Shown in pieces: positions 1 to 9,330 of a stretch of 64,000 nucleotides of DNA; the stretch's first letter is position 1, and the number at the start of each line of letters is the position of its first letter. The notes under the pieces are model-generated. The model saw only the letters and a program-made list of their open reading frames with translations, was not told where the DNA came from and ran no database searches. A program made the position numbers and the translations under genes. This DNA is from an uncultured Verrucomicrobiae bacterium. GTDB taxonomy: Bacteria; Verrucomicrobiota; Verrucomicrobiia; Limisphaerales; SIBH01. The stretch covers positions 459,889 through 523,888 of the forward strand of contig CAVXCM010000013.1 in the NCBI GenBank assembly GCA_963760275.1. The letters run 5' to 3'.

Positions 1-392
1 GCTTCGTTTCCGTAAACACCGGTGGTTGTCCGGATGGAAACACCATTCCAGTGCCGAAGACGGAAGCGGACCAAGCCATGGATGCGGCGGCGTGTATCGG
101 CTGCGGTGCTTGCGTGGCGGCCTGTAAGAATGCCAGCGCGATGTTGTTCGTGTCTGCCAAAGTTTCCCATCTCGCCCACTTGCCACAAGGACAGGCCGAG
201 CGGGAACGGCGCGCTCTGGCCATGGTAAAACAAATGGATAACGAAGGCTTCGGCAACTGCACGGTCACCGGCTCATGTGAAGCCGTTTGCCCGAAGGAAA
301 TCTCTCTGGACTTCATCGCCAAGCTTAATCGGGAATACGGCAAGGCCATCTTGAAGGGCGACGCTCGGGTCGCGGAGCACGGTGGAAGCTAA
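1..392 (+). CDS. sdhB: succinate dehydrogenase/fumarate reductase iron-sulfur subunit, C-terminal part (5' end lies outside the window)
   Basis: The frame is open from the window edge. Ferredoxin-type Cys clusters [11 protein letters not shown] and TGSCEAVCP are typical of SdhB/FrdB C-terminal domains. Confidence 0.85.
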   Translation, partial: FVSVNTGGCPDGNTIPVPKTEADQAMDAAACIGCGACVAACKNASAMLFVSAKVSHLAHLPQGQAERERRALAMVKQMDNEGFGNCTVTGSCEAVCPKEISLDFIAKLNREYGKAILKGDARVAEHGGS

Positions 393-499
393 AAAAGTTT
401 TGGGGTTTTCGTCTCGTTGAAAGTTTCGTTCAAAGATAAACAGGATTTTGCCGCCCAAATTCTACTCGCGCACTCGCGAGACTAAGCCATGATGGCATC

Positions 500-1114
500 A
501 TGGAAATCTTCCTCAGTATTTGCCTGGGCGTCGGTCTGAGTGCCGCGTGCGGATTCCGAGTCTTCGTTCCTCTGTTTTGTTTAAGCCTTGCGGCCCATTT
601 CGGGGCCGAACATGTGCAATTGGCCAAATCTTTTGCCTGGATGGGGTCATATCCAGCAATGATTGCGTTTGGCCTGGCCACGGTGTTGGAGATTGCTGCG
701 TATTATGTCCCGTGGCTCGATAACGCCTTGGACTCGGCAGCCGTTCCGCTCGCTACCATTGCGGGCATTTTCCTCACCGCATCCGTCGTCGTTGATCTCG
801 ACCCTTTCTGGCGCTGGACTTTGGCCGTGGTGGCGGGTGGTGGTGTTGCGGCCTCGACTCAAATCGCGACCACCAAAGCTCGGGCAGCCTCATCGCTAAC
901 TACGGGCGGTATCGCGAACCCAATCCTGTCCACTGCGGAAGCGGCTTCTTCGACAGCACTGTCCGTTCTGGCTGTGATTTGGCCCATTGTTGCAATGGTT
1001 TTGGCCGTCATCGTCCTAGCCATCTCCGGTGCGGTGATCTGGTTCATCGGGAAACGTGTTTTGAAATTATTTCGCAGGCAAAATCCTGAGCCGCCGCTCA
1101 CTGCAAATGTGTGA
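500..1114 (+). CDS. DUF4126-like integral membrane protein
   Basis: ATG start at 500. The 204 aa are almost entirely hydrophobic and Gly/Ala-rich, forming multiple TM segments. The N-terminus [24 protein letters not shown] resembles the DUF4126 family. Confidence 0.65.
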   Translation: MEIFLSICLGVGLSAACGFRVFVPLFCLSLAAHFGAEHVQLAKSFAWMGSYPAMIAFGLATVLEIAAYYVPWLDNALDSAAVPLATIAGIFLTASVVVDLDPFWRWTLAVVAGGGVAASTQIATTKARAASSLTTGGIANPILSTAEAASSTALSVLAVIWPIVAMVLAVIVLAISGAVIWFIGKRVLKLFRRQNPEPPLTANV

Positions 1115-1469
1115 GTTGGTTACGGGCGAATGCGAACTCTTGAACCACACGGCCTCCAATCAGATGTTCCTGGATAATCCGCTCCAGCACCGCCGGTGAA
1201 CACGAGTGGTACCAGATTCCTTCCGGGTATACGACGGCGATGGGTCCCTGGGTGCAGACGCGCAGGCAATTGGCTTTAGTCCGATAGACTTTGGATTGTG
1301 AACCGCTCGTCAGGCCTAGTTCCTTCAACCGCTTCTTAAGAAACTCCCAAGCCTCCAGCCCGGCTTCCTTCCTGCAGCATTCCGGTTCTGTCTGGTCCGC
1401 GCACAAAAATATATGACGCGATACGTTCTCGAGGCCGAGTGATTCGACGCATTTCTTGAGGTCATCCAT
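1098..1469 (-). CDS. thioredoxin-like [2Fe-2S] ferredoxin family protein
   Basis: ATG at 1469, 123 aa. Cys pattern HIFLC...EPECC...NCLRVC with a following [13 protein letters not shown] motif. Lies 22 nt downstream of comM on the same strand. Confidence 0.65.
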   Translation of the reverse strand: MDDLKKCVESLGLENVSRHIFLCADQTEPECCRKEAGLEAWEFLKKRLKELGLTSGSQSKVYRTKANCLRVCTQGPIAVVYPEGIWYHSCSPAVLERIIQEHLIGGRVVQEFAFARNQLTHLQ

Positions 1470-1491
1470 GGGCGTGTTGATTCAACGTCGG

Positions 1492-3015
1492 CTAGGTCCA
1501 CAATTGCCGGTCGAGGGAACGGTATTGAATCGCCTCACCGACATGCTCACTGCTCATGGCTTCATGACCGGCCAGATCGGCCACGGTTCGAGCCACCTTC
1601 AAAATACGATCGTAGGCGCGGGCGCTGAGATTCAAGTCGGACATGGCAAATTTAATAAGTTCGTTGGCGGCCTCATCCAGCGCGCAGAACTGTTTGAGTT
1701 CACGGGTGCCCATCCGCGCGTTGCATGTGATGCGCGTCCCCGCAAAACGCAGTTGCTGCCGCTCTCGTGCGGCCACCACTCGCTGTCGGATTTGCAAGGA
1801 CGTCTCACCGTTTCGTTCCCCTGTCATTTCCCGGAATTTCACTGCGGGCACTTCCACATGGAGATCAATGCGGTCGAGCAGTGGCCCTGAAATGCGCCCG
1901 AGGTAATTCTGGATTTCGCGCGGCGAGCTCCGTGACTCGTGCGGCATCTTGCCATCCGGGGTGGGATTCATCGCGGCGATCAACATGAATTGTGACGGGA
2001 ATGTCATCGTCCCCGCGGCTCGCGAGATCGTCACGCGTCCTTCCTCCAATGGCTGACGCATGGTTTCCAGAACGCTCCTTTTGAACTCAGGCAATTCATC
2101 CAGGAAAAGCACGCCGTTGTGCGCGATGGAGATTTCACCCGGCGTCGGGTTGATATTGCCGCCCAGCAGCCCGGCATCGCTCGCCGTATGGTGGGGGGAG
2201 CGAAACGGCCGCCGCGTGACGAGTGCCTGCCCCGATGGAAGTAACCCAACGATGCTGTGGATCTTCGTGGTCTCCAACGCTTCATCCAGCGTGAGGGGCG
2301 GCAGAATGGTTGGCAGACGCTTCGCCAGCATCGATTTGCCCGTGCCGGGCGGGCCGATTAACAGCGCGTTATGACCGCCTGCCGCAGCGATTTCCAGCGC
2401 GCGCTTCACGGACTCCTGGCCTTTCACGTCGGCGAAATCAAGTTCGTCATCCAATGGAGCGCTGAAGATGTTTGCGAGATCGACCTGGGTCGGAGCGATT
2501 TTCAATTGTCCCTCCAGGAAACCGGTCGCCTCGCGCAGATTCTGAATGGGAATGACGTTCAATCCACGCACCACGGCGGCCTCGGCGGCATTCTCTGCCG
2601 GAACCAGCAAACCGGTTTTGCCCTCAGCTTTGGCCAGCAGCGCAATGGGGAGAATTCCTTTCACCGGACGAACGGCACCGGTCAGGGCCAATTCTCCGAC
2701 GATGCAAAAGTTATCCAGTTGATCGGTTTCCAACTGTTCGCTGGCCGCCAGCATGCCGACGGCAATGGGAAGGTCGAAGCTTGGCCCCTCCTTTTTCACA
2801 TCTGCGGGCGCAAGATTGATCGTCGTGCGGCCCATGGGGAACTTGAAGCCAGAGTTGGTGAGTGCGGTGCTGACCCTGTCCCGCGATTCCTTCACCGCGG
2901 CATCCGGCAGGCCGACGATGACGATGTTGGTATCTCCCCAGCCCGCATTGACTTCCACTTCTAGCGGGAACGCTTCGATGCCTTGAACGGAAGCGGAAAA
3001 AACCCGGGCGAGCAT
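1492..3015 (-). CDS. comM: YifB/ComM family Mg-chelatase-like AAA+ ATPase
   Basis: 507 aa. Lon-protease-like N-domain, Walker A GPPGTGKS, Walker B LFLDELPEF, and a typical C-terminus (SARAYDRILKVARTVADL). Confidence 0.92.
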   Translation of the reverse strand: MLARVFSASVQGIEAFPLEVEVNAGWGDTNIVIVGLPDAAVKESRDRVSTALTNSGFKFPMGRTTINLAPADVKKEGPSFDLPIAVGMLAASEQLETDQLDNFCIVGELALTGAVRPVKGILPIALLAKAEGKTGLLVPAENAAEAAVVRGLNVIPIQNLREATGFLEGQLKIAPTQVDLANIFSAPLDDELDFADVKGQESVKRALEIAAAGGHNALLIGPPGTGKSMLAKRLPTILPPLTLDEALETTKIHSIVGLLPSGQALVTRRPFRSPHHTASDAGLLGGNINPTPGEISIAHNGVLFLDELPEFKRSVLETMRQPLEEGRVTISRAAGTMTFPSQFMLIAAMNPTPDGKMPHESRSSPREIQNYLGRISGPLLDRIDLHVEVPAVKFREMTGERNGETSLQIRQRVVAARERQQLRFAGTRITCNARMGTRELKQFCALDEAANELIKFAMSDLNLSARAYDRILKVARTVADLAGHEAMSSEHVGEAIQYRSLDRQLWT

Positions 3016-3221
3016 GGGCCCGGATGTTGGAGGAAGCTGCCGCGGCGCTGCAAGTCCCGTTCTTGGCTTATGCCCTTTCGTGTGGGAACAGGATTGGGAC
3101 TGGAAATTTCATGCAATGGCGCATGCAAAGAAGAAATTCAGCACTGGCGCACCGATTCAACGCGTGTTACAAGCACCGGCTCCGCTCGAGCAGTTCGGGC
3201 GGTGAGAACTAAAATTGATTT

Positions 3222-3377
3222 ATGTCACAGCATCGTAGTCTGCGCGCGGCCAGCACCCTGGGCGCAAAACGTAACACGCTCAAACGCTTCGAACGCGTCG
3301 CCTTGCTCAAGAAGCGCGGCCAATGGAAAGCCGGCGATCGCGTCACCGGGCTGCGCAAAACCAAGCCGGACGCCTGA
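3222..3377 (+). CDS. putative small basic protein (51 aa; below the ORF-track cutoff)
   Basis: ATG at 3222, TGA at 3375-3377. Sequence MSQHRSLRAASTLGAKRNTLKRFERVALLKKRGQWKAGDRVTGLRKTKPDA has 15 Arg/Lys and 3 acidic residues. It occupies an otherwise empty 430-nt gap upstream of rluB and is reminiscent of the small basic protein family of PVC bacteria. Confidence 0.4.
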   Translation: MSQHRSLRAASTLGAKRNTLKRFERVALLKKRGQWKAGDRVTGLRKTKPDA

Positions 3378-3450
3378 CCGGCCCGGCATCGGGTGAACGG
3401 CGATTGGCGGCCCCTCGTCGTCCTCCCGGACCTGTCACTCGCAAGCCTTC

Positions 3451-4161
3451 ATGGTTCGTCTGCAAAAATTCCTCGCTGAAGCGGGCGTCGCCTCGCGCCG
3501 CGCGAGTGAGCGGATCATTTACGAGGGCCGCGTGACTGTGAACGGTGAGACGGTTACGGAGCTGGGGACCAAAATTGATTCATCCCACGACACCGTCGCG
3601 GTCGATGGCCGCACGCTCAAGCCCAAGCGCAAGCTCTACGTCGCTCTCCATAAGCCGCCGGGCTACATTTGCACACGCCGCGACCCGGAGAGTCGTAAGA
3701 TCATCAGCGAATTGTTACCGGAGGAATGGTCCGCGCTCGTTCCCGTTGGCCGCTTGGACTGTAACAGCGAAGGGCTGATTTTTTTGACCAATGATGGCGA
3801 CTTTTGCCTGAAGCTGACGCATCCCCGCTACGGTGTCCGGAAGAAATATCGCGTCACGGTGGAAGGAGGCGTGGATCAAGAGCTGGCAGAAAGACTCGTC
3901 AAGGGCGTCGTGGACAAGGGGGAGAAACTCAAGGCCGACCGGGTGCGCATCCTGGCCACTGGCCACAATACCAGCTTGTTGGAAATGGACCTTTCCGAAG
4001 GAAAGAATCGGGAGGTGCGGCGTATGTTTGAAGTTTTTCAGCGGCGCGTCATTAAGCTCCAACGGACTCAAATCGGCCCCATTAAACTTGGGGAGCTGCG
4101 GGTTGGTCGTTGGCGAACGTTGACAGACACCGAGATTAAATCTCTACTTTCCGGCCTATGA
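3451..4161 (+). CDS. rluB: RsuA/RluB-family 23S rRNA pseudouridine synthase with N-terminal S4 domain
   Basis: S4 motif MVRLQKFLAEAGVASRR and catalytic motif VGRLDCNSEGL. 236 aa. Confidence 0.9.
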   Translation: MVRLQKFLAEAGVASRRASERIIYEGRVTVNGETVTELGTKIDSSHDTVAVDGRTLKPKRKLYVALHKPPGYICTRRDPESRKIISELLPEEWSALVPVGRLDCNSEGLIFLTNDGDFCLKLTHPRYGVRKKYRVTVEGGVDQELAERLVKGVVDKGEKLKADRVRILATGHNTSLLEMDLSEGKNREVRRMFEVFQRRVIKLQRTQIGPIKLGELRVGRWRTLTDTEIKSLLSGL

Positions 4162-5234
4162 AAATTTCGTTCCGGGCCATTATAGCCGCCGCCATTGTGG
4201 CTGGCCTCGTCACGCTGCCTGTTTCCGCCCAAGCTCCGGCGGAGACGAATACGCCTGTTGTTGCGCCCAAGGTCCAAACCAAAGGTGCCACGAAGCAAGC
4301 GGCCAAAAAGCCCCTCGTCAGAAAAACCCAGCCGGTTGTGAACCCTGAACCCGGTGCGGCCAAACAAAATAATATCAATGTACGCGGTCAGGCGACGCTG
4401 AACAGTGAAGTGATTGCTCGCCTGAAGAAGGGTGATGCCGTCACGGTATTGGAGGAGATTTCTGTCGCGAAGCCCAAGCAGGACGAGCCGTCCCAGTGGT
4501 TTCGGATCGCGCTGCCGTCCACCGTCCAAGTCTGGGTGCATTCCTCCTTCGTGGATGCAACAACTGGAACGGTGAAGCCGAACAAACTCAATCTGCGCGG
4601 CGGACCAGGGGAGAATTACAGCATCGTGGGCCGTTTGGAAAAAGGCGCCTCTGTGAAGACAGTGGGGTCAAAGGACCAGTGGCTCAAGATTGAGACTCCC
4701 GCCAATGCGTTTGGTTTTGTGGCCGCGCATTTGATTGAGAGGACTCCCGAGCCCGTTTCCTCGCCGACGCCTCCGGTAACTCAGAAGCCGCCGGAAATCG
4801 TCGTTGCTCCTCCGACAACAGTCGATGTGCCGACCAATGCCCCTGCGGTGGTAGCGGAAGCGCCCACACCGACACCGCCCGTGGTGCCGCCGGTGACGCC
4901 AGCCGTCGCCCCGACGGTTCCGCCTGTCTCCACAGTTCCTCCCGTGATTGCTCCGGTCGAAACGGTGGAAGAGGCGCCCATTGAAAAAGTGCGCAAGATT
5001 GTCAGTCGCGAAGGTATCTTGAAAGGCAGCGTCAGCATTCAGGCACCGACCTACTACGAGTTGCGCAGCCTCGATACAGGCAAGACAATTGATTACGTCT
5101 ACAGCCCGTCCACCAACATCGTTCTTCGGGACTTCAAAGGTCAGCGCGTCATTGTGACCGGCGAGGAATTGCTCGATGAGCGCTGGCAGAACACGCCCGT
5201 GCTCGTCATCGACACGCTCCAAGCAGTGCCGTAA
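4158..5234 (+). CDS. secreted protein with two bacterial SH3 (SH3b) domains and a Pro/Val/Thr-rich linker
   Basis: Signal peptide MKISFRAIIAAAIVAGLVTLPVSAQA. Two SH3_3-like units (NINVRGQATLNSEVIARLKKGDAV... and KLNLRGGPGENYSIVGRLEKGASV...). ATGA overlap with the rluB stop. Confidence 0.75.
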   Translation: MKISFRAIIAAAIVAGLVTLPVSAQAPAETNTPVVAPKVQTKGATKQAAKKPLVRKTQPVVNPEPGAAKQNNINVRGQATLNSEVIARLKKGDAVTVLEEISVAKPKQDEPSQWFRIALPSTVQVWVHSSFVDATTGTVKPNKLNLRGGPGENYSIVGRLEKGASVKTVGSKDQWLKIETPANAFGFVAAHLIERTPEPVSSPTPPVTQKPPEIVVAPPTTVDVPTNAPAVVAEAPTPTPPVVPPVTPAVAPTVPPVSTVPPVIAPVETVEEAPIEKVRKIVSREGILKGSVSIQAPTYYELRSLDTGKTIDYVYSPSTNIVLRDFKGQRVIVTGEELLDERWQNTPVLVIDTLQAVP

Positions 5235-6124
5235 TGGCCGCTACCAATCTCATCGACGGACGGGCCATTGCCGAACAGTTGCACGTCGAGACGACGCAAC
5301 GTGTGGCGGCCCTTCAGTCTCGAGGCATTCAGCCCGGTTTGGTTTTCGTCCGGGTTGGCGAAGATCCCGCGTCGCGCGTTTACGTCGGTATGAAAGGCAA
5401 GACCTGCGCGAGGCTGGGAATCTGGTCTGACACCAAGGTGCTTCCTGAAAACACGAGCGAGGCCGACTTGCTGAGCCTGATTCGTGCGCTGAACAAGGAC
5501 ACAAAGGTTCACGGCATTCTCGTGCAGGCACCGCTCCCCAAACACATTCGGCAGGAAGTTGTTTACGCGACCGTCTTGCCTGAGAAAGACGTGGATGGAT
5601 TTCATCCCATGAACGTTGGGAAGTTGCTTTTGGGTGACACCACTGGATTTCGTCCCTGCACGCCGGCCGGAGTTCAGGAATTGCTGATTCGCAGCCAGGT
5701 GCCCACCGACGGCGCTGAAGTAGTAGTGCTTGGACGTGGCGAGATTGTAGGGAAGCCGATGGCCGCGATTCTTTGCCAGAAATCCCCGCACGCAAATGCC
5801 ACCGTCACCATCTGCCATTCCCGCACGCGCGAGATTGCCGGTCATTGTCGGCGAGCCGACATCCTCATCGCAGCGATGGGCGTCCCGGAATTTGTGAAAG
5901 CCGACATGGTGAAGCCCGGCGCTGTCGTGATTGATGTGGGCGTCAACCGCATCTCCGACCCGGCGGCTAAGGATGGCTCCCGTCTCGTGGGCGACGTGGC
6001 ATTCGCAGAAGTCCAACGCGTCGCCGGAAAAATCACCCCGAATCCCGGCGGCGTCGGTCCCATGACCATCGCCGTGTTGATGCAGAACACAGTTCGCGCT
6101 GCCGAGCTTTCCAATCACAACTGA
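5234..6124 (+). CDS. folD: bifunctional methylenetetrahydrofolate dehydrogenase/methenyltetrahydrofolate cyclohydrolase
   Basis: Full-length colinear FolD sequence (YVGMKGKTCARLGI, LVQAPLP, VVVLGRGEIVGKPMA, PGGVGPMTIA). The start overlaps the preceding stop by 1 nt. Confidence 0.95.
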   Translation: MAATNLIDGRAIAEQLHVETTQRVAALQSRGIQPGLVFVRVGEDPASRVYVGMKGKTCARLGIWSDTKVLPENTSEADLLSLIRALNKDTKVHGILVQAPLPKHIRQEVVYATVLPEKDVDGFHPMNVGKLLLGDTTGFRPCTPAGVQELLIRSQVPTDGAEVVVLGRGEIVGKPMAAILCQKSPHANATVTICHSRTREIAGHCRRADILIAAMGVPEFVKADMVKPGAVVIDVGVNRISDPAAKDGSRLVGDVAFAEVQRVAGKITPNPGGVGPMTIAVLMQNTVRAAELSNHN

Positions 6125-6143
6125 CCAACGATCCACTGACAAC

Positions 6144-6578
6144 ATGCAAGCAACTCGCATCCTCCCTGACCTCCAATGCTCGCTTCTGTGCGAAGACATT
6201 CGCCAGGAAGCCTCCGGCAATTTCATCCTGCTGGGCGTTCTGAATTTCGTTCGCGTACCGCAACTGCCGGTGACGGCGTTCAAGATTTGTGTCTTCAACC
6301 GCTGGACCGCAGGCGTGGGGCAATTCACTGAAAGTGTTCGGCTTCTCAGCCCCGACCAGACCACCGTCCTGCGAAAAGGCGAAGTGAAGTTTGCCCTGCA
6401 CGATGCCAGCCATTCCGCCACCAACGTAACGGTGCTGGGACAGGTCGAGTTTACCGCGCCCGGAGTTTACTTCGTCGAGGTGCTTGTCGACGACGTGATG
6501 AAGTTGCGCTATCCGCTGCCGATCATGGTTGTGCCTCCGCCGGCCCAGCCTGGCGCGCCAAAGCCCGTGACCGAATAA
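6144..6578 (+). CDS. hypothetical protein (144 aa, predicted beta-rich, no signal peptide)
   Basis: ATG 20 nt after folD. Coding-like composition. No motif I can name with confidence. Confidence 0.55.
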   Translation: MQATRILPDLQCSLLCEDIRQEASGNFILLGVLNFVRVPQLPVTAFKICVFNRWTAGVGQFTESVRLLSPDQTTVLRKGEVKFALHDASHSATNVTVLGQVEFTAPGVYFVEVLVDDVMKLRYPLPIMVVPPPAQPGAPKPVTE

Positions 6579-6659
6579 GGTCGCGACCTCCGGGGGTGCA
6601 CATCCCGTCACGCGTCAACGTCTGGTTTCGAGGCGGGGAATCGTCCGCATTCATACGCT

Positions 6660-7559
6660 GTGAGTTCGCCGCTACACTTGCCGGACAAGCCGCTGATGCC
6701 AACGCAGGCGTGGCAACCATTCACGCCACGTGGCGTGGCCGCCTTTGCCGGGGCTACTCTCACGCGGTTGGTATTGGTCCAGATTACAGTTGCGGCCCTC
6801 GTCGCCCTTGCGCTCCTGTGGTTTCTTCGCGTTGCGTGGCTTCCGGTGATCGCCGACGCCATCCAGAATCTTCCGGAAATTGGCGGCATTCAGAATGGCG
6901 AACTGACTTTTGGAGCATCCTCCCCCGTTCGGCTCGCAGGCAACGCTCATCTCGGCATCGTGGTTGACGTCGACGGCGTGCGTGGCCCGGGATATATCGC
7001 CGACGTTGAATTTGCTTTCGAACGCACCCAGTTCGTGGTGCGCGGTCCGTTGGGCGATTGGCCGTGGCCTTATGCTCGAGAATATGGGTTCAGCCTGAAT
7101 CGCCTGGAGCTGGAACCTGCGTGGGGGGCGTGGCGAGGACCGCTCCTGACCTTGATTGTTCTCATCACGATCGTGACGCTGTTCTTAAGTTGGTGGGGCC
7201 TGGCGTTGCTCTATCTGCCGCTACTTAAATTCATCACGTTCTTCGCTGATCGGGGCGTGACGTGGCGGGGTGCGTGGCGGGTGAGTGCTGCAGCCTTGCT
7301 TCCTGGAGCGAGCCTCGTCGCCGTGGCCCTGATCCTCTACGCTTTTGGTGCCATCGACCTTTTTCGTTTTGGACTGCTGTACGTCCTGCACGCCGTCGCA
7401 GGGCTTATTTTCGTGTTCACCAGCCCGTTGTTTCTCCCGAAGATTCCCCAAAACCATCCACGGAATCCCTTTGCGAGTTCATCGGAGCCGCCGAAAAAGA
7501 CACATCGCGCCCCCGCCAATCCGTTCGGCAAACCGGATGACAAATCAGGCTCTCCATGA
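6660..7559 (+). CDS. hypothetical polytopic membrane protein
   Basis: Four to five clear TM segments. The start is uncertain: GTG at 6660 or the first ATG at 6695. Confidence 0.6.
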   Translation: MSSPLHLPDKPLMPTQAWQPFTPRGVAAFAGATLTRLVLVQITVAALVALALLWFLRVAWLPVIADAIQNLPEIGGIQNGELTFGASSPVRLAGNAHLGIVVDVDGVRGPGYIADVEFAFERTQFVVRGPLGDWPWPYAREYGFSLNRLELEPAWGAWRGPLLTLIVLITIVTLFLSWWGLALLYLPLLKFITFFADRGVTWRGAWRVSAAALLPGASLVAVALILYAFGAIDLFRFGLLYVLHAVAGLIFVFTSPLFLPKIPQNHPRNPFASSSEPPKKTHRAPANPFGKPDDKSGSP

Positions 7560-7712
7560 CAGGTGGACGAGGCAGACTTCGTGTGAGCCGAACAGTTTTG
7601 GCGCGGAGGGAAATGGAATGTTCACCTTCTGACACGTGCCGCGACGCGCATCTCGTCATGGAAAATCGAAGCACCGTTGCGCCGTGTGGCGTGTTCGTCT
7701 AGCCTCCGCGCC

Positions 7713-8489
7713 ATGTCGTTTTGTCGTCTCATCATCCTGGTGCTGTGCTGCGCGCTGACGGGCTGCCGCCCGGGTGCGACGGGCCAGGGTGACGAGCAAA
7801 AGGACCCGTATTTCCTCGCGGGTAAGAATCGTTTGCAGGATCGTGATTACCAGGGAGCGATCGACATGTTCGAGAAAGCCCTCGACGTAAACCCGCGGTC
7901 TGCTTCCGCTCATTTTGAACTGGGCGTCCTCTACGAACAGCAGCAGAGCGACTATGCGGCGGCGCTCTATCACTACCAGCGCGCTGTCGCTCTCCGTCCA
8001 GAAATGCCCTCCGCCGATCTAGCCCGACAGCGCACCCAGGAATGCAAAAGGGAGTTGGCCAAAACGGTGGTTCAACCCCTCTCCATGCAGAATCTCCAGC
8101 GGGATGTGGACACGCTCCGCGCAGAAAACGCGTTGCTGAAACAGAACCTTCAGGCTTGGCAGAATTATTATGAAGGTCGGGGCATTGTGCCGACCAATGC
8201 GCCGGCCAATGCCACCCCGCGAATGACCAACGCGCCGGTGCGTCAGGTTCAATACCCTGCTCCTTCCCCTGCGAATACGTCTTCGTCGCAAATTATCCGG
8301 AGTGAGCCAGTGTCTCGGCCAATCGCGCCCGTGACGCAGCGGCGCACCCACACCATCGCGCCTGGCGACACACCAGCCAGCATTGCGCGACGCTACAACG
8401 TGAAGCTGTCCGCCCTGCAATCGGCCAATCCCTCCATGGACGCCCGGCGTTTGCGGCCGGGCCAGACCCTGGTCATTCCAGCTTCCTGA
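7713..8489 (+). CDS. lipoprotein with TPR repeats, a coiled-coil segment and a C-terminal LysM domain
   Basis: ATG at 7713 gives MSFCRLIILVLCCALTGC (lipobox LTGC). TPR-like repeats (YQGAIDMFEKALDVNP, AAALYHYQRAVALRP). LysM motif HTIAPGDTPASIARRYNVKLSALQSANP...LRPGQTLVIP. Confidence 0.75.
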   Translation: MSFCRLIILVLCCALTGCRPGATGQGDEQKDPYFLAGKNRLQDRDYQGAIDMFEKALDVNPRSASAHFELGVLYEQQQSDYAAALYHYQRAVALRPEMPSADLARQRTQECKRELAKTVVQPLSMQNLQRDVDTLRAENALLKQNLQAWQNYYEGRGIVPTNAPANATPRMTNAPVRQVQYPAPSPANTSSSQIIRSEPVSRPIAPVTQRRTHTIAPGDTPASIARRYNVKLSALQSANPSMDARRLRPGQTLVIPAS

Positions 8490-8493
8490 TGTC

Positions 8494-9330
8494 ATGCGCT
8501 CGCGCATCTGGTTAAGCCTCGTCAGCGTGTTTTGGCTCGCGATGGTTACCTTGCTCTGGCGATCTGAATTCGGCGAACGCCGGTTACCCGGCAGCACGAT
8601 ACCGCCTGGCATGGTCTGGCAAAAAATCCTGACCGCGCCAGACACCTCTCACATGGAGATTCGTTCTGGCACGAACGTGATCGGCCTCTGTCATTGGCGG
8701 CCCGAGGTGGGGCAGGAGCGCGCGACTGGCGCACAATTGATCGATGAGGAAGATCCCCTCGAGGGCATGGTGGAACAACTGGCCTACTACACGCTCGACT
8801 TCGATGGCAGTATGACGCCTCCCGGCTTTCCCACCCGTGTGCGCTTTTCGTTTCACCTGCGTCTCGACACGAACAACGTATGGCAAAACTTTGATGTGAA
8901 CGTGGCGATGCGGCCGGACGTGTATGAGCTCTCCGCGGATGCCAGTGCGCAAACGGTGCGCCTCCGGGTGGATGCCGGCGGCGATCAGTTGAACCGATCC
9001 TTCCGCTTTGCCGAGTTTCAAAATCCCCAGCGATTGTTACGCGAGTTGGGCGGTCCGATGTTCCCCGCCATTGCCGCCGGCTTCGGAATCCCGCTTTCCA
9101 CCAATGCGCTTACTCTGCAATCGCTCGGCGTGCGCTGGGAGGCTCGTAATGATTCGCTCGTCGTCGGCCGGAACCGGGTGCGCGCCTACCGTCTTCAGAC
9201 AAAACTATTTGATCGGTATCGCATCACTTTTTTCATCAGCACCGTCGGCGAGTTATTGCGGGCGGAACTCCCAGGCGAAATCGTGCTCGTCAATGAAGCC
9301 CTGGCCGGACTGCGGCCTTCCAAGCCATGA
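8494..9330 (+). CDS. hypothetical N-terminally membrane-anchored protein
   Basis: ATG at 8494 and a single N-terminal TM segment (IWLSLVSVFWLAMVTLLW). The rest is soluble and beta-rich. The stop overlaps the next start (ATGA). Confidence 0.6.
   Translation: MRSRIWLSLVSVFWLAMVTLLWRSEFGERRLPGSTIPPGMVWQKILTAPDTSHMEIRSGTNVIGLCHWRPEVGQERATGAQLIDEEDPLEGMVEQLAYYTLDFDGSMTPPGFPTRVRFSFHLRLDTNNVWQNFDVNVAMRPDVYELSADASAQTVRLRVDAGGDQLNRSFRFAEFQNPQRLLRELGGPMFPAIAAGFGIPLSTNALTLQSLGVRWEARNDSLVVGRNRVRAYRLQTKLFDRYRITFFISTVGELLRAELPGEIVLVNEALAGLRPSKP

Noticed and set aside
4740-4960. Possible tandem DNA repeat in the SH3b gene
   Set aside because: It encodes a Pro/Val/Thr/Ala-rich low-complexity linker. No exact nucleotide repeat unit is visible.
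5141-6424. 427-aa ORF on the minus strand
   Set aside because: It is antisense to folD and its neighbours, which have unambiguous homology. It has an Arg-rich, low-complexity composition.
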